A stretch of DNA of 64,000 nucleotides from Candidatus Micrarchaeia archaeon (GCA_049964795.1 JBMFWY010000001.1:12539-76538), one strand, 5' to 3'. Numbered from the stretch's first letter, positions 10,367 to 20,113 are shown. Notes: a model not told the origin generated them from the sequence alone. A program made the numbers and translations.

Positions 10367-10433
10367 AAGATTATAGCAAAAGCAAAGTAGAATAAGAAAA
10401 GTAGATAACAGAAAAATAAAAAATTAGATTATT

Positions 10434-10829
10434 TTACTTGCCGAAATACGCTTTCACATTGGGTCTTGTGAAGTACCACAATATTATTATACCAACTATT
10501 GTACCGATAGGTATGTCTATAAGCTCCAGTACTCCGCCTATCAATGCGAGTATACGTGCCCAATTTTTTCCTGTGAACAACGCAATGCCGGTTATAAGGG
10601 CAAACAAACCTATTGGTACCAATATAAATAACAGTGCGCCGCCTATTAGACCTTTGAACAACGCCGAAGAAGTAAGACCTATAGCCAAATAGGCAATTCC
10701 GCCCAATATCTGTAGTATGGCCAGAATTGTCACCCCTGTAGGCCTAATCTTTGGTCCTGGCCCCATTCCAAAGTTGCCAGTCTGCGGCTGCATGCCGCTT
10801 TGCCCTATATTGCTTCCCATATCAGGCAT
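10434..10829 (-). CDS. Small multi-pass membrane protein
   Basis: RPTGVTILAIL, GKNWAR, YFTRPNVKAYF pattern; about 4 TM helices. Confidence 0.7.
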   Translation of the reverse strand: MPDMGSNIGQSGMQPQTGNFGMGPGPKIRPTGVTILAILQILGGIAYLAIGLTSSALFKGLIGGALLFILVPIGLFALITGIALFTGKNWARILALIGGVLELIDIPIGTIVGIIILWYFTRPNVKAYFGK

Positions 10830-10982
10830 TTATACGCCCTAATATATTTCAAAACGAAGGTTTAAAAACAGGTATTATAAGAGGGTTTAAAACTTCGGAC
10901 ACTTTTCTGATACAATAGGGTGATGCTTTTTTCAATAATGGAATTTGCCTAAAATTTGAAATATAAAATAAGTATATAAATA

Positions 10983-11091
10983 AGCCCCAGGAGGGAATTG
11001 AACCCTCGACCTCCTGTTTTCTTGCCTTCTTGGTTGAGTATTTTTCCAAAAAGTTTACGAGACAGGCGCTCTACCACTGAGCTACTGAGGC
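10983..11091 (-). tRNA. tRNA-Thr(CGT) with 37-nt intron (11019-11055) at canonical position 37/38; no encoded CCA
   Basis: Reverse strand folds as GCCTCAG/CTGGGGC acceptor, GCTC/GAGC D stem, CCTGT/ACAGG anticodon stem with CT-CGT-A, GAGGG-TTCAATT-CCCTC T arm; 72 nt after intron removal. Confidence 0.95.
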
Positions 11092-11301
11092 AAAAGCTAA
11101 AGGTAACGACTCTGACCAAATAAATCTTAAACATATATTTATTTATTAAATGTTTTTGATTTGATTTGGCTGGTTTTGCGCTGAAGTTATCTTTTTGTTA
11201 GAAATAGATTTCCAAAAAGTTAGCTCTTGCTCTTGCAGGGATAAGTATTAAAAGTTAAACATCGTACAAATATATGTTCATTATAAAATAGGAGCATATT
11301 T

Positions 11302-14300
11302 ATGGACCCTTCAGATAATCCAGGTCTTGATTCTTCAACCGATCAAGCCACGCCGCAAACAAATTCGCAAGACATAGCAGGAGAAGTGCAGCCTAAAAGT
11401 TCCCAAAGCTTCAAATTTGATGTAACTCCTGAAAGCCCTATCAAAATAAGTCCTAACTCAAAATCTAAACCTATCGCAAGCGGCAAAAAACCCTTTCAGA
11501 AAAGAAATATAGCAATAATTGCAATGATAATTATACTTGCAGGTTTGTTGGCATATATGTATATTGGGCCTAAACATGTATCTTCTGTAACAACCACAAT
11601 CCCTCAAACTACCACAGTAAAAACTACAACTTTTTCTAAAATAAGTACATGTACGCAAATTTCAAGCCCTGGCACTTATTACCTTTCTTCTAATGTAAAG
11701 TATGGTAAAGCTTCTGGAGCATGCATAAGCATAAACGCAAGCAACGTATCGCTAATATGCAATGGAAACTCGCTTACAGGTTCTGGCCCTTTTAGCGCAA
11801 AGCAGCCTTATACATATGGCATAGCGATAAACAAAGCAGATAACGTAGTTGTCTCCGGCTGCAACGTCGCAAACTTCTCGTACGGGATAGCAGCGTATAA
11901 TTCGAAAAGGTTGTCTGCCACCCTTGACAATCTTTCTTATAATACAATGTCAGAAGTGCTGCTGAGCAACACTTCGAGCTCAAATGTTTCAAAGAGCTTC
12001 CTCTCCAGATCCCTTAGCGCACAGGGGGCCATTATGCTAGAGAATGGATCTACGAACGACACGGTATTAAATAATACCATAGCAATAAACACCTTCTATG
12101 GCGTAAATATAAGCGCTTCTGGCAACAGGTTCGTAAACAACTATATTTACAGCTCGCCTAACTCCTTTACGTGCACTCTTGGAAATGGCTTTCTGCACAA
12201 CAATAGCGGTTATGGAAATATATGCACAAATGAGACAGGATGCAGCTTTCTCTCTTGCAAAGGCGTAAATATACCTCCAAACCTTTCAGCGATAGTGCTT
12301 CCTAAAGTGATATATTCCTGCGGGGCAATTACTTATCCCGGAAGCTACAGCTTGGGCAAAAACATATACATGAACAATCTAATAAACACTTCTAACCCTA
12401 TGTCAGCAAGCTACCCATGCATAAACATAGAATCTCCAGACGTACAGCTCAATTGCTCTGGTTATGAGATATATAATGCTACAATAGCTTTTGAAACTGA
12501 AAATAACTACAATACAAGTCTTCATGGCTGCAAAGCTTACAACTCGGCAGTGGGATTCTACGCGTTTAATTCCACAAATGCGGATGTAAATGGATTTGGC
12601 GCGTATAATACAGTTACTGCAATAAGCTATGCACTATCGAAAGGAGGTATAGCTTCAAACATTTATGCCAACAAAGGCAGTTATGGAGTATACCTTGCAA
12701 AATCCACAGGGGTGACAATTACAAACTTCACGCTCTTGAATGAGACCTATGGAGCATATGTAAGTGGCTCTGTAGGAAACGCTTTTGCTGGAGGTCTTAT
12801 CACCAACAGCACAAAGCTTTCAGTTTATGCAAGCGTAGATTCTACAAATGCGAGCGACAACTTTATGCAGACAACTTCGTGCGATTTGACAAACGCGGCC
12901 TGGGCAACATGCAAGCAGCACATCGCTCCTACAGAAACATTTATCCCTATAAGCTCATGCCAAAAGATAATAAAGCCAGGAAATTACACATTACAGCAGA
13001 ATCTCGTGGTTACAGGCCCGCAGTGCTTTGAGATAAACGCTAAAAACGTGGCAATTAATTGCGCTTACCATAGCGTAACTTTGTCTACTTCAAACCCTCA
13101 AGAGGCTGCCTTCGAATTCAATAAAGAGAACAATATTTCAATAAGCAATTGCACATTGACCAATTTCCCTTACGCGATTGCCGCATCGAATCTCTCCGGA
13201 GTGAGAATCTATAACATAAATTCTTCAGATGCAAAGACAGCTATAATGTTGTACAATGTTAGCTATGTGAACGTGCACAATACAATAATAAATGGTGCGG
13301 GCAATACAAGCATTTACATGAATGGCGTTTCAAATTCCGTAGTATATGACAACAACATTACAGGAACAGACACAAATATAGGCATATTGATAGCAAACTC
13401 TACACATAACATAATAGCAAGCAACAAAGGAATAAAGAACAGAATAGGGATTTACCTTACAGGCGACTCGCTAAACAATAATGTGTCAAATAATACGATG
13501 CAGATAAGCAGTACGAGCGACTATGCGTGCTCTGCCAAAGACAGCGCTATTGATGCAGAGCAAGGAGGTATAAATTTTGGAAGCACAAAACAGAACTGCA
13601 ATTGGCTTGCTGCAGTCTCGCCTATCTCCCCATTCCCTACGTGCACCGCAATACTTTCTCCAGAAACTGTGGAATTGACTTCGGATTATGAATATACAAC
13701 TGGCGCGCTCTGCTTTGGAGCTTACGCAAACGGGACTACCATAAACTGCAACGGACATACAATAATAGCTACTTCGAACGGCACTTTCGCACTATTCAAG
13801 AACGCGCAGAATTCGAACATAGATAACTGCTATCTCAAAGGGTTCAAGACTCCAATTAAGGTATACAATTCCAGCATAAGCGTAATCAACAATACCATAT
13901 ATTCTTACTCATCAAATTCAACTGCAATAAATGTCTCTAATTCAGAAAAACTTAAGATTGAGGATAATAAGTTGCTTGCTGATGGAATAGGCATTTCGCT
14001 TTCGAAAGACCAGTTCGGCATTTTGCAGAACAACATCGTAAATGCAAGCTCCATTTCCTATCTTTTGAACAACTCTTCGGCGATAAGTTTCAACAACAAC
14101 ACTGCACAGCCCGAAAGCGGCCTGGGGCTTATTCTTGCAAACACCACTTCGAGCACGTTCCAGAACAATATACTAAAGGGAATTGCCGGAGGTATACTAT
14201 GCAGCCACGCTTCCGAATCCAGCTACAATAATACAGATTTGGGAGGAAACATATGCTCTGCAAGCCAGAACTGCAAGTGGATCTCCGCCTCAAAGGCTAC

Positions 14301-14307
14301 ATGCTAG
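11302..14307 (+). CDS. Large membrane-anchored parallel beta-helix (NosD/CASH-like) surface protein with four tandem Cys-containing modules
   Basis: Single N-terminal TM, Thr-rich stalk, Asn-rich GI.L..S.N repeats, recurring C..I..PG.Y.L / CI.I....V.LNC.G module starts. Confidence 0.8.
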   Translation: MDPSDNPGLDSSTDQATPQTNSQDIAGEVQPKSSQSFKFDVTPESPIKISPNSKSKPIASGKKPFQKRNIAIIAMIIILAGLLAYMYIGPKHVSSVTTTIPQTTTVKTTTFSKISTCTQISSPGTYYLSSNVKYGKASGACISINASNVSLICNGNSLTGSGPFSAKQPYTYGIAINKADNVVVSGCNVANFSYGIAAYNSKRLSATLDNLSYNTMSEVLLSNTSSSNVSKSFLSRSLSAQGAIMLENGSTNDTVLNNTIAINTFYGVNISASGNRFVNNYIYSSPNSFTCTLGNGFLHNNSGYGNICTNETGCSFLSCKGVNIPPNLSAIVLPKVIYSCGAITYPGSYSLGKNIYMNNLINTSNPMSASYPCINIESPDVQLNCSGYEIYNATIAFETENNYNTSLHGCKAYNSAVGFYAFNSTNADVNGFGAYNTVTAISYALSKGGIASNIYANKGSYGVYLAKSTGVTITNFTLLNETYGAYVSGSVGNAFAGGLITNSTKLSVYASVDSTNASDNFMQTTSCDLTNAAWATCKQHIAPTETFIPISSCQKIIKPGNYTLQQNLVVTGPQCFEINAKNVAINCAYHSVTLSTSNPQEAAFEFNKENNISISNCTLTNFPYAIAASNLSGVRIYNINSSDAKTAIMLYNVSYVNVHNTIINGAGNTSIYMNGVSNSVVYDNNITGTDTNIGILIANSTHNIIASNKGIKNRIGIYLTGDSLNNNVSNNTMQISSTSDYACSAKDSAIDAEQGGINFGSTKQNCNWLAAVSPISPFPTCTAILSPETVELTSDYEYTTGALCFGAYANGTTINCNGHTIIATSNGTFALFKNAQNSNIDNCYLKGFKTPIKVYNSSISVINNTIYSYSSNSTAINVSNSEKLKIEDNKLLADGIGISLSKDQFGILQNNIVNASSISYLLNNSSAISFNNNTAQPESGLGLILANTTSSTFQNNILKGIAGGILCSHASESSYNNTDLGGNICSASQNCKWISASKATC

Positions 14308-14324
14308 AGGATTGTGCTACTGCA

Positions 14325-15371
14325 CTATTTGACTTCCATGGCGATTGCAAGCCTCTTCATTGCGCTGAGCTTCTCCCTATTTTCAATGCGTGCGCTGTCC
14401 AGTATGTCTCTCATGCCAGCTATCAAATTGTCGTAGCTTTCCTTGTTTATCCTAAAGGGTATACCGTCCTTGCCCCCAACGTTATAAGCGTATGCAACAG
14501 GATCGCGGTAGGCAAGCTCCTTTCCAAATATAAGAGAAGAGACGAAAGCAAGGGAGCGAAGAGTTTTTCTTCCGATCCCCTTTGAGAGAAGGAGCTCTTT
14601 ATAGTCTTTCGGATTCAGCTCTGAAGCATTCTTTACCGCTTCTATTCCTCTTTTTCCCAGGTCTATCTGCGGTATTATAGTGTGCCTATTGGGATATGAA
14701 ACTATGCGTACGAGTTCCCCAAGCGCGTCTGTCAAAGACAACCTTGCCTCGGCGTTGACAGAATAGGTAAGATCGAGGCTTTGCTGGCCGCCCGGTGCGG
14801 CTATTGCGGAATTGAATTCGTTGGCGATATCTTTCGCGTCAAGCAGCTCTGAATAAACTTGAAACCTTATCGCAAGACTTCTTGGAGCCTGCATTGCCTG
14901 CTGCACAACAACCCATTTTCCGTTCTTAGAAAAAGAGAAGGTATGATGGTATATACTTATATCGTCATACACCATAGACGAATCTATCTTTGCGGCAAGG
15001 CGGCTGGCTTCTGCGAATTTTTTGTCCATGGCAGGAATCGAGAGCTTGTCTACTCCTTGGATTATATCTTCTGGCGTGCGAAGGCCTGTCTTTCCTTTGC
15101 CTCCTGCTATAAAGATCTCTCCACTTTCGTTAAGCGCTTCTTTCATCGCCGCCATTGTTACTGTAGTAGTTCCGCTGCTGTGCCAGTCATAGCCTATAGT
15201 GCACGAAAGAGCCTGCAGCCAATTTGGGTCTGCAAGGCGGCGAAGCAGATCGTCAGGCCCGAATTCATCCAGTATTACTTCACCTATCGCTCCTGCAAGC
15301 TTTACCATTCGCGCATAAAGCCACCTGGGCGCCTGCCCGCCATGAAGAGGCAAATATGTGATGCTTTGCAT
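14325..15371 (-). CDS. DUF763 family protein
   Basis: LPLHGGQAPRWL, GYDWHSSGTTT, IYHHTF, AYNVGGKDGIPF. Confidence 0.88.
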   Translation of the reverse strand: MQSITYLPLHGGQAPRWLYARMVKLAGAIGEVILDEFGPDDLLRRLADPNWLQALSCTIGYDWHSSGTTTVTMAAMKEALNESGEIFIAGGKGKTGLRTPEDIIQGVDKLSIPAMDKKFAEASRLAAKIDSSMVYDDISIYHHTFSFSKNGKWVVVQQAMQAPRSLAIRFQVYSELLDAKDIANEFNSAIAAPGGQQSLDLTYSVNAEARLSLTDALGELVRIVSYPNRHTIIPQIDLGKRGIEAVKNASELNPKDYKELLLSKGIGRKTLRSLAFVSSLIFGKELAYRDPVAYAYNVGGKDGIPFRINKESYDNLIAGMRDILDSARIENREKLSAMKRLAIAMEVK

Positions 15372-15479
15372 AATTACAGCTTGCAGGATAAAGCTATTTC
15401 TTGCTTTTGCTTGTGCGCGGCTAGATGATGTGAATATGAAAATTTGGCAATGTTTTTATTTGTTGCGTGACAAATCAAA

Positions 15480-15833
15480 ATGTTGGAGCGTGAGGGTAGG
15501 GCCATGGTTTACGCTACTGTGGATAGCATAAGCAAAAAGTCAGGCAAACATTACCTTGAAGAGGCGCTGATGAGAGTAGATGCTGGTAATTCCGACATAT
15601 TTTTAACGGAACACGCTGCCGTGATGATGCAGCGAAGGGAGATAAATGACAGGGCGCTGGAAGACGTAGTATATAACTATGAAGATGCGCGGGAAAGCAA
15701 AAAAGAGCCAGGCGTCATAGAGCTTACTTCTTTTGAAGGAGGAAGAAAGGTAGAGGTAGTGTGCGTTGTAGAAAAGTACAAAGAAACAAGCAAGTATAGG
15801 ATAAAAGTTATAACAGTGCACCTACAGGAATAG
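15480..15833 (+). CDS. DUF4258 (RelE/BrnT-like fold) putative RNase
   Basis: LTEHA..MMQRREI....LEDVV and C-terminal VITVH; alternative start 15504. Confidence 0.65.
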   Translation: MLEREGRAMVYATVDSISKKSGKHYLEEALMRVDAGNSDIFLTEHAAVMMQRREINDRALEDVVYNYEDARESKKEPGVIELTSFEGGRKVEVVCVVEKYKETSKYRIKVITVHLQE

Positions 15834-15950
15834 CAATCAATCGTTGGTTTTTCTCTGTTTCTTTTTGAAAAGGCAAACGAAGAGGCGCTAGCTTTGCTGT
15901 GAATCCAAAAAATAATAAATATCTGAATGGTTTAAAAAGAAGCGAGAGGC

Positions 15951-16247
15951 ATGTCAAACTTGAATAAGATAAGGGTTTTACAGCCTAAGATAGCGGAAGG
16001 CACTTCTATCACTTTCACAGAGCACGCGCAGCTAAGGTGCATAGAAAGAGGGGTAAGCATTGATGAGGTCAACAAGGTATTGAGAATGCCAGAAAAAACG
16101 TTCATAGACAATTCAGGGGCATTTGAAAGCGTAGCGCATGTAGGAGCTAGAAGGGTAGGGGTAATTTTTAAGGGCAAAGAAAACAAAATAGTGATCATAA
16201 CGGTCATTGCACAGCATCCTAATTTGCTAAGGGGGAATGAGAAATAG
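15951..16247 (+). CDS. DUF4258 (RelE/BrnT-like fold) putative RNase
   Basis: FTEHAQLRCIERGVSIDEV..VL..P and C-terminal IVIITVI. Confidence 0.75.
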   Translation: MSNLNKIRVLQPKIAEGTSITFTEHAQLRCIERGVSIDEVNKVLRMPEKTFIDNSGAFESVAHVGARRVGVIFKGKENKIVIITVIAQHPNLLRGNEK

Positions 16248-16388
16248 CGTGTGCCAACAAGCCCGTGTTTTGCGGCGCCTTGAATTTAAACTTCAAAATA
16301 GGCATGAAGCAAGTATTATAAAGGTTTTTGTGCTAATAACCACTGCTGATTTTCCCGCAATTACTGCAAATTGCAGGAGGGATTTGCT

Positions 16389-17021
16389 ATGGAAAAAGAG
16401 ATGTTTGACAAGCTTGAAAAGCTTTTGCAAGAAGGCAAAGGAAAGCGCAAGTTCGTACAGAGCGTGGAGCTTGCGATAAATTTCAAAGGAGTAGATTTTT
16501 CAAAGCAGGAAAACAGGCTTAATACCGAAGTAATACTTCCAAACGGCAAAGGCAGTGAAAGCAAAGTAATAGTATTTGCGGACGACCAAAATCTGATAGG
16601 CACGGTAGGCAGATTGGGAGGCAAGGTAATAAGGGAAGCAGAGATCCCCAAAGTTTCAAACGACAAGGCAGCGCTGCGAGAGATGCTTGAAAGCGAGCTA
16701 CTTGCCCAGCCTAGCCTTATGCCAATCATAGCAAAGAATTTAGGTCAGTTCCTTGGACCGAGAAATAAGATGCCTAAGCCCATAATAGGAGGGGACGTCG
16801 AGAGAATTATTAAAAATGCGATAGGCTCGATATATTTGAGAAGCAAGGGAAAGTACCTTCCGACTGTGCACTGCATAGTAGGCAAGGAAACCATGGAGCT
16901 GCAGAAGCTTGCGGAAAACATTGATGCTGTATTAAACGCGCTGGCAAAAAAGCCGGGCAAACAATATGTAAAGTCGATATATGCAAAGCTTACCATGAGC
17001 GAGCCAGTAAGGCTAGCCTGA
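16389..17021 (+). CDS. rpl1: 50S ribosomal protein L1
   Basis: RKFVQSVELAINFK, LGQFLGPRNKMPKP, KLTM. Confidence 0.97.
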   Translation: MEKEMFDKLEKLLQEGKGKRKFVQSVELAINFKGVDFSKQENRLNTEVILPNGKGSESKVIVFADDQNLIGTVGRLGGKVIREAEIPKVSNDKAALREMLESELLAQPSLMPIIAKNLGQFLGPRNKMPKPIIGGDVERIIKNAIGSIYLRSKGKYLPTVHCIVGKETMELQKLAENIDAVLNALAKKPGKQYVKSIYAKLTMSEPVRLA

Positions 17022-17033
17022 AGGTGAAATGCA

Positions 17034-17867
17034 ATGCTTACAAGGCAACAGAAAATAGAGTTTGTAAACAAGGCTTCCGAAGAGCTTAAGAATTATAAGA
17101 CCGTTGGAGTAGTTTCGCTCAACGCAGTTCCAGACAGGCTGCTCCAGAGAGTAAGAAATACGCTGAAAGGGGAAGGCAGGTTTATACTTGGAAGGAAAAC
17201 TGCGCTTCAAAGAATTCTTGAAAGCAATGAGCATACGAAAAGGCTTGCAAAAGAGCTCACAGGAACAAGCGCGATAGTGCTCACGAATAAAGATCCTTTT
17301 GAACTTTATGAAATGTTCAAAAGCAATGCCATAAAGCTTGCGGCAAAGCCGAAGCAGGTGGCAAATGAAGACATAAAAATAAATGAAGGAGAAACGTCGC
17401 TGCAGCCAGGTCAGGCAGTGACAGAGCTTAAGAAAGCAGGCATAGACGTGCAGATGCAAAAGGGCAAGGTAGTAATAGCAAAAAGCAAGGTGCTGGTAAG
17501 CAAGGGAAGCGCAATAAGCACCGCAGTGGCCAATGCATTGCATATTCTTGGCATAACCCCTTTCACTGCCATGCTTGAGCCCAGGGTTATAGAAAGCCAG
17601 GGGGTAATATACACTAATGAAGTTTTCAAGATAACAAGAGAGGGCGTGCTTTCGGATATAATAGCAACATTTTCAAAGGCGAGGGCGGTTGCGCTGCAGC
17701 TTAACATAGCTACGCCGTATACAATAGCCGAGATGATAGCAAAAGCTTACAGAAATGCGGTTGCGCTTGGATTGGAAGCGAAGGCTTATGATACAGGCAT
17801 AGTGGAAAAGTTGATATCAAAAGCAGTTGGAGAAGCTGCATCTCTTGGCGCTTCACAAGCGCAGTAG
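17034..17867 (+). CDS. rpl10: 50S ribosomal protein L10 (P0)
   Basis: P0 N-domain and insertion domain (GETSLQPG); between L1 and L12. Confidence 0.95.
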   Translation: MLTRQQKIEFVNKASEELKNYKTVGVVSLNAVPDRLLQRVRNTLKGEGRFILGRKTALQRILESNEHTKRLAKELTGTSAIVLTNKDPFELYEMFKSNAIKLAAKPKQVANEDIKINEGETSLQPGQAVTELKKAGIDVQMQKGKVVIAKSKVLVSKGSAISTAVANALHILGITPFTAMLEPRVIESQGVIYTNEVFKITREGVLSDIIATFSKARAVALQLNIATPYTIAEMIAKAYRNAVALGLEAKAYDTGIVEKLISKAVGEAASLGASQAQ

Positions 17868-17907
17868 TTGCATGTTATGCGTGAAAAATGCTAAAAGGTG
17901 AAATGGA

Positions 17908-18222
17908 ATGGAATATGTGTACGCTGCTTTGCTGCTGAGCGAAGCAGGCAAGGAGATAAATGAGAAAAGCCTTATGGAGGTAGTGAAAGCGGCGGGATTT
18001 GAACCTGACGAAGCCAGGGCAAAAGCGATCGTTGCATCGCTCAAAGGGGTAGACATAAAGGATGTGATAAAGAATGCCCAGGCGCAGGCGGTAGCCGCAC
18101 CGGTTGCTGCTGCAGCGCCTCAGAAGGCCGACGAAAAGGCACAGCAAAAGCCGAAGGAAGAGAAGAAGGATGAAAAGAAAGAGGAAGAGGCAGCTGAAGG
18201 GCTTGCAAGCCTATTCGGTTGA
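17908..18222 (+). CDS. rpl12: 50S ribosomal protein L12 (archaeal P1)
   Basis: [10 protein letters not shown], Ala hinge, acidic tail [13 protein letters not shown]. Confidence 0.97.
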   Translation: MEYVYAALLLSEAGKEINEKSLMEVVKAAGFEPDEARAKAIVASLKGVDIKDVIKNAQAQAVAAPVAAAAPQKADEKAQQKPKEEKKDEKKEEEAAEGLASLFG

Positions 18223-18257
18223 AGCTTTCTTTTGATTTTGCCTAAAAGCGCTTCCGT

Positions 18258-18920
18258 ATGGCTATTGATGCAGCCTCCAGAAAGGTAGTAATGCCCGGGG
18301 ATGTACTGGGCATGGAAGAGGAATACTTAGCGGAGCGCAACGCCTATTCCGAAAACGGCAATGTTTACGCTGCCGTCTTTGGCGAGGCGGAATTTGAAAG
18401 CGGCAAGGCAAAAGTTAAGAGCTTCGGAAGGGAGATAAAGAAGATTGAAAGAGGCATGCCGGTGCTTGGCGTAGTGGTAAGCGATATAGGTAGGGTCCTT
18501 TTCGTAAAGATAGACGAGATGCAGATGGACAAAACTCTCTACGTGCCATCAAACGATGGCAAAATAGTAAAAGAAGAAGGCAGGCAAAGACACGGCTTCG
18601 GCGGCAGGGGCAGAATGCATGCAAGGCATGACGAAGCGCTTTGCAAAGAAGGCGATGTCATACTAGCAAGGGTAGCGAGGATGGAAAATGACATGTACGA
18701 GCTTGATATGCGCGAGCCAGAAACTGGAATAATATATGCAAGGTGCACGAACTGCGGCGCTGATTTGAAGTACAAGGAGGATATGCGTGCGCTTTTCTGC
18801 GATACGTGCAAGCGGGCAGAGCATGGCAAGATAAGCACGTTATATGGAAAACCAGACATGATAAAAAGCTTCCTTGAGAAGCAATTACTAGGAAGGGAGC
18901 AGAAAATAGAAGAAAGATGA
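18258..18920 (+). CDS. csl4: Exosome RNA-binding protein Csl4
   Basis: VMPGDVLG.EEEY, S1 domain GDVILARV, GIIYARCTNCG...CDTC zinc ribbon; upstream of rpoL. Confidence 0.85.
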   Translation: MAIDAASRKVVMPGDVLGMEEEYLAERNAYSENGNVYAAVFGEAEFESGKAKVKSFGREIKKIERGMPVLGVVVSDIGRVLFVKIDEMQMDKTLYVPSNDGKIVKEEGRQRHGFGGRGRMHARHDEALCKEGDVILARVARMENDMYELDMREPETGIIYARCTNCGADLKYKEDMRALFCDTCKRAEHGKISTLYGKPDMIKSFLEKQLLGREQKIEER

Positions 18921-18924
18921 TACC

Positions 18925-19197
18925 ATGAAGCTTAATATAAAAAAAGATGAGAGCAAGGAACTCGAGATAGAGTTTGATACAGGCGATCTCACTCTTCCAG
19001 ACCTTTTGGCCGCAGAGCTGGGTAAAAATGGCGATGTCGTTTTCGCAGGAGTCTACAAGGATCACCCAGAAATAGGCAAGCCACTGCTCGTATTGAAAAC
19101 AGATAAGAAAAAGGCCAAAGACGTACTTGCTAAAACGCTTGATGGAATGGAGGAGCAGTTTGAAAAGATTAAGGACATGCTGCAGAAGAGCAAATGA
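18925..19197 (+). CDS. rpoL: RNA polymerase subunit L (Rpo11)
   Basis: VVFAG...DHP motif, 90 aa, conserved csl4-rpoL-DUF99 order. Confidence 0.85.
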   Translation: MKLNIKKDESKELEIEFDTGDLTLPDLLAAELGKNGDVVFAGVYKDHPEIGKPLLVLKTDKKKAKDVLAKTLDGMEEQFEKIKDMLQKSK

Positions 19198-19796
19198 CCG
19201 CGATCGATAATTTTTCAAATTCCAGCACTGATTCTTACAGTATTAAAAAAGGTGTGAGGATACTCGCCATTGCTTCCGGCCCCGTAGAAGGAAAAAGGAG
19301 CACCATTGCAATCGGGGTAATCCAGAATGGAAATAACATAGAGGGGATCCTTTCCACGAGAATTGCGGTGGATGGAGATGATGCTTCAGCGAAAATTGCA
19401 AAGATGGTCTTAAAATCAAAATTTGCGAGGCAGATAAGGATTGTTGCTTTTGACGGAGCGGCCATTGCAGGGCTGAATATTATTGACACCGAGTGCCTAA
19501 GAAAGAAACTAGGCGTGCACGTACTTTTCGCTACAAGGCACAAGCCAAGAAAGGAGGCGCTGAAAAATGCGATAAAGGCTTTTGGCAAGGCAGAAGGCAA
19601 GAGTACAAAACGCAAGCTTGAAGCTTATGAAAAACTCCGGTTTCTTAATGATTTCCAACTCGCAGGGTTCCGTGTGCTGTCCAGCATGAACGAGAGCTCT
19701 GCAAGATTGGTAGCTGAAAGCACAATTGGCGCATTGAGGCTTGCACACATGATTGCAAGAGGCATATCCACAGGAGAATCAAAAGGCAGGATATAA
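19194..19796 (+). CDS. DUF99 family protein (endonuclease V-like fold)
   Basis: VDGDDAS, DGAAIAGLNIID, LRLAHMIARGI..GESKGR. Confidence 0.85.
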   Translation: MTAIDNFSNSSTDSYSIKKGVRILAIASGPVEGKRSTIAIGVIQNGNNIEGILSTRIAVDGDDASAKIAKMVLKSKFARQIRIVAFDGAAIAGLNIIDTECLRKKLGVHVLFATRHKPRKEALKNAIKAFGKAEGKSTKRKLEAYEKLRFLNDFQLAGFRVLSSMNESSARLVAESTIGALRLAHMIARGISTGESKGRI

Positions 19797-19864
19797 TGAA
19801 TTAGGAAAGGCGTATATTTGTTGCCTCGCAAATTGTAATGAAAGGGATTAAAAATGGTGGTAAA

Positions 19865-20113
19865 ATGTATGAAGAAAACAAGGATTTGGATGCAAAGACC
19901 AAGGACCTTAGCAGGGCGCGGCAATCCCTCATTGAAGAGCTGCAGGCAATGATGTGGTACGATGAAAGGATAAGCGCGACAAAAGACAAGAGTTTGGCAA
20001 AGGTGCTCGCTTACAATCGTGACGACGAGAAAGAACATGCTTCCCTGCTGCTCGCATGGCTTATAAAACATGACAATGCGCTTAAGGAAGAGATGAAAAA
20101 AGCAGGAGTATAA
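19865..20113 (+). CDS. Encapsulated-ferritin-like (EncFtn) small ferritin
   Basis: RARQSLIEELQA..WYDERI and NRDDEKEHA..LL.WL ferroxidase motifs. Confidence 0.85.
   Translation: MYEENKDLDAKTKDLSRARQSLIEELQAMMWYDERISATKDKSLAKVLAYNRDDEKEHASLLLAWLIKHDNALKEEMKKAGV

Noticed and set aside
10849-11134. Two short minus-strand ORFs
   Set aside because: They overlap the tRNA-Thr gene and are shadow ORFs
10983-16247. tRNA-anchored integrated element
   Set aside because: No integrase and no duplicated tRNA 3' end were found
16360-16460. L1 autoregulatory mRNA site
   Set aside because: Could not fold a convincing L1-binding motif by eye
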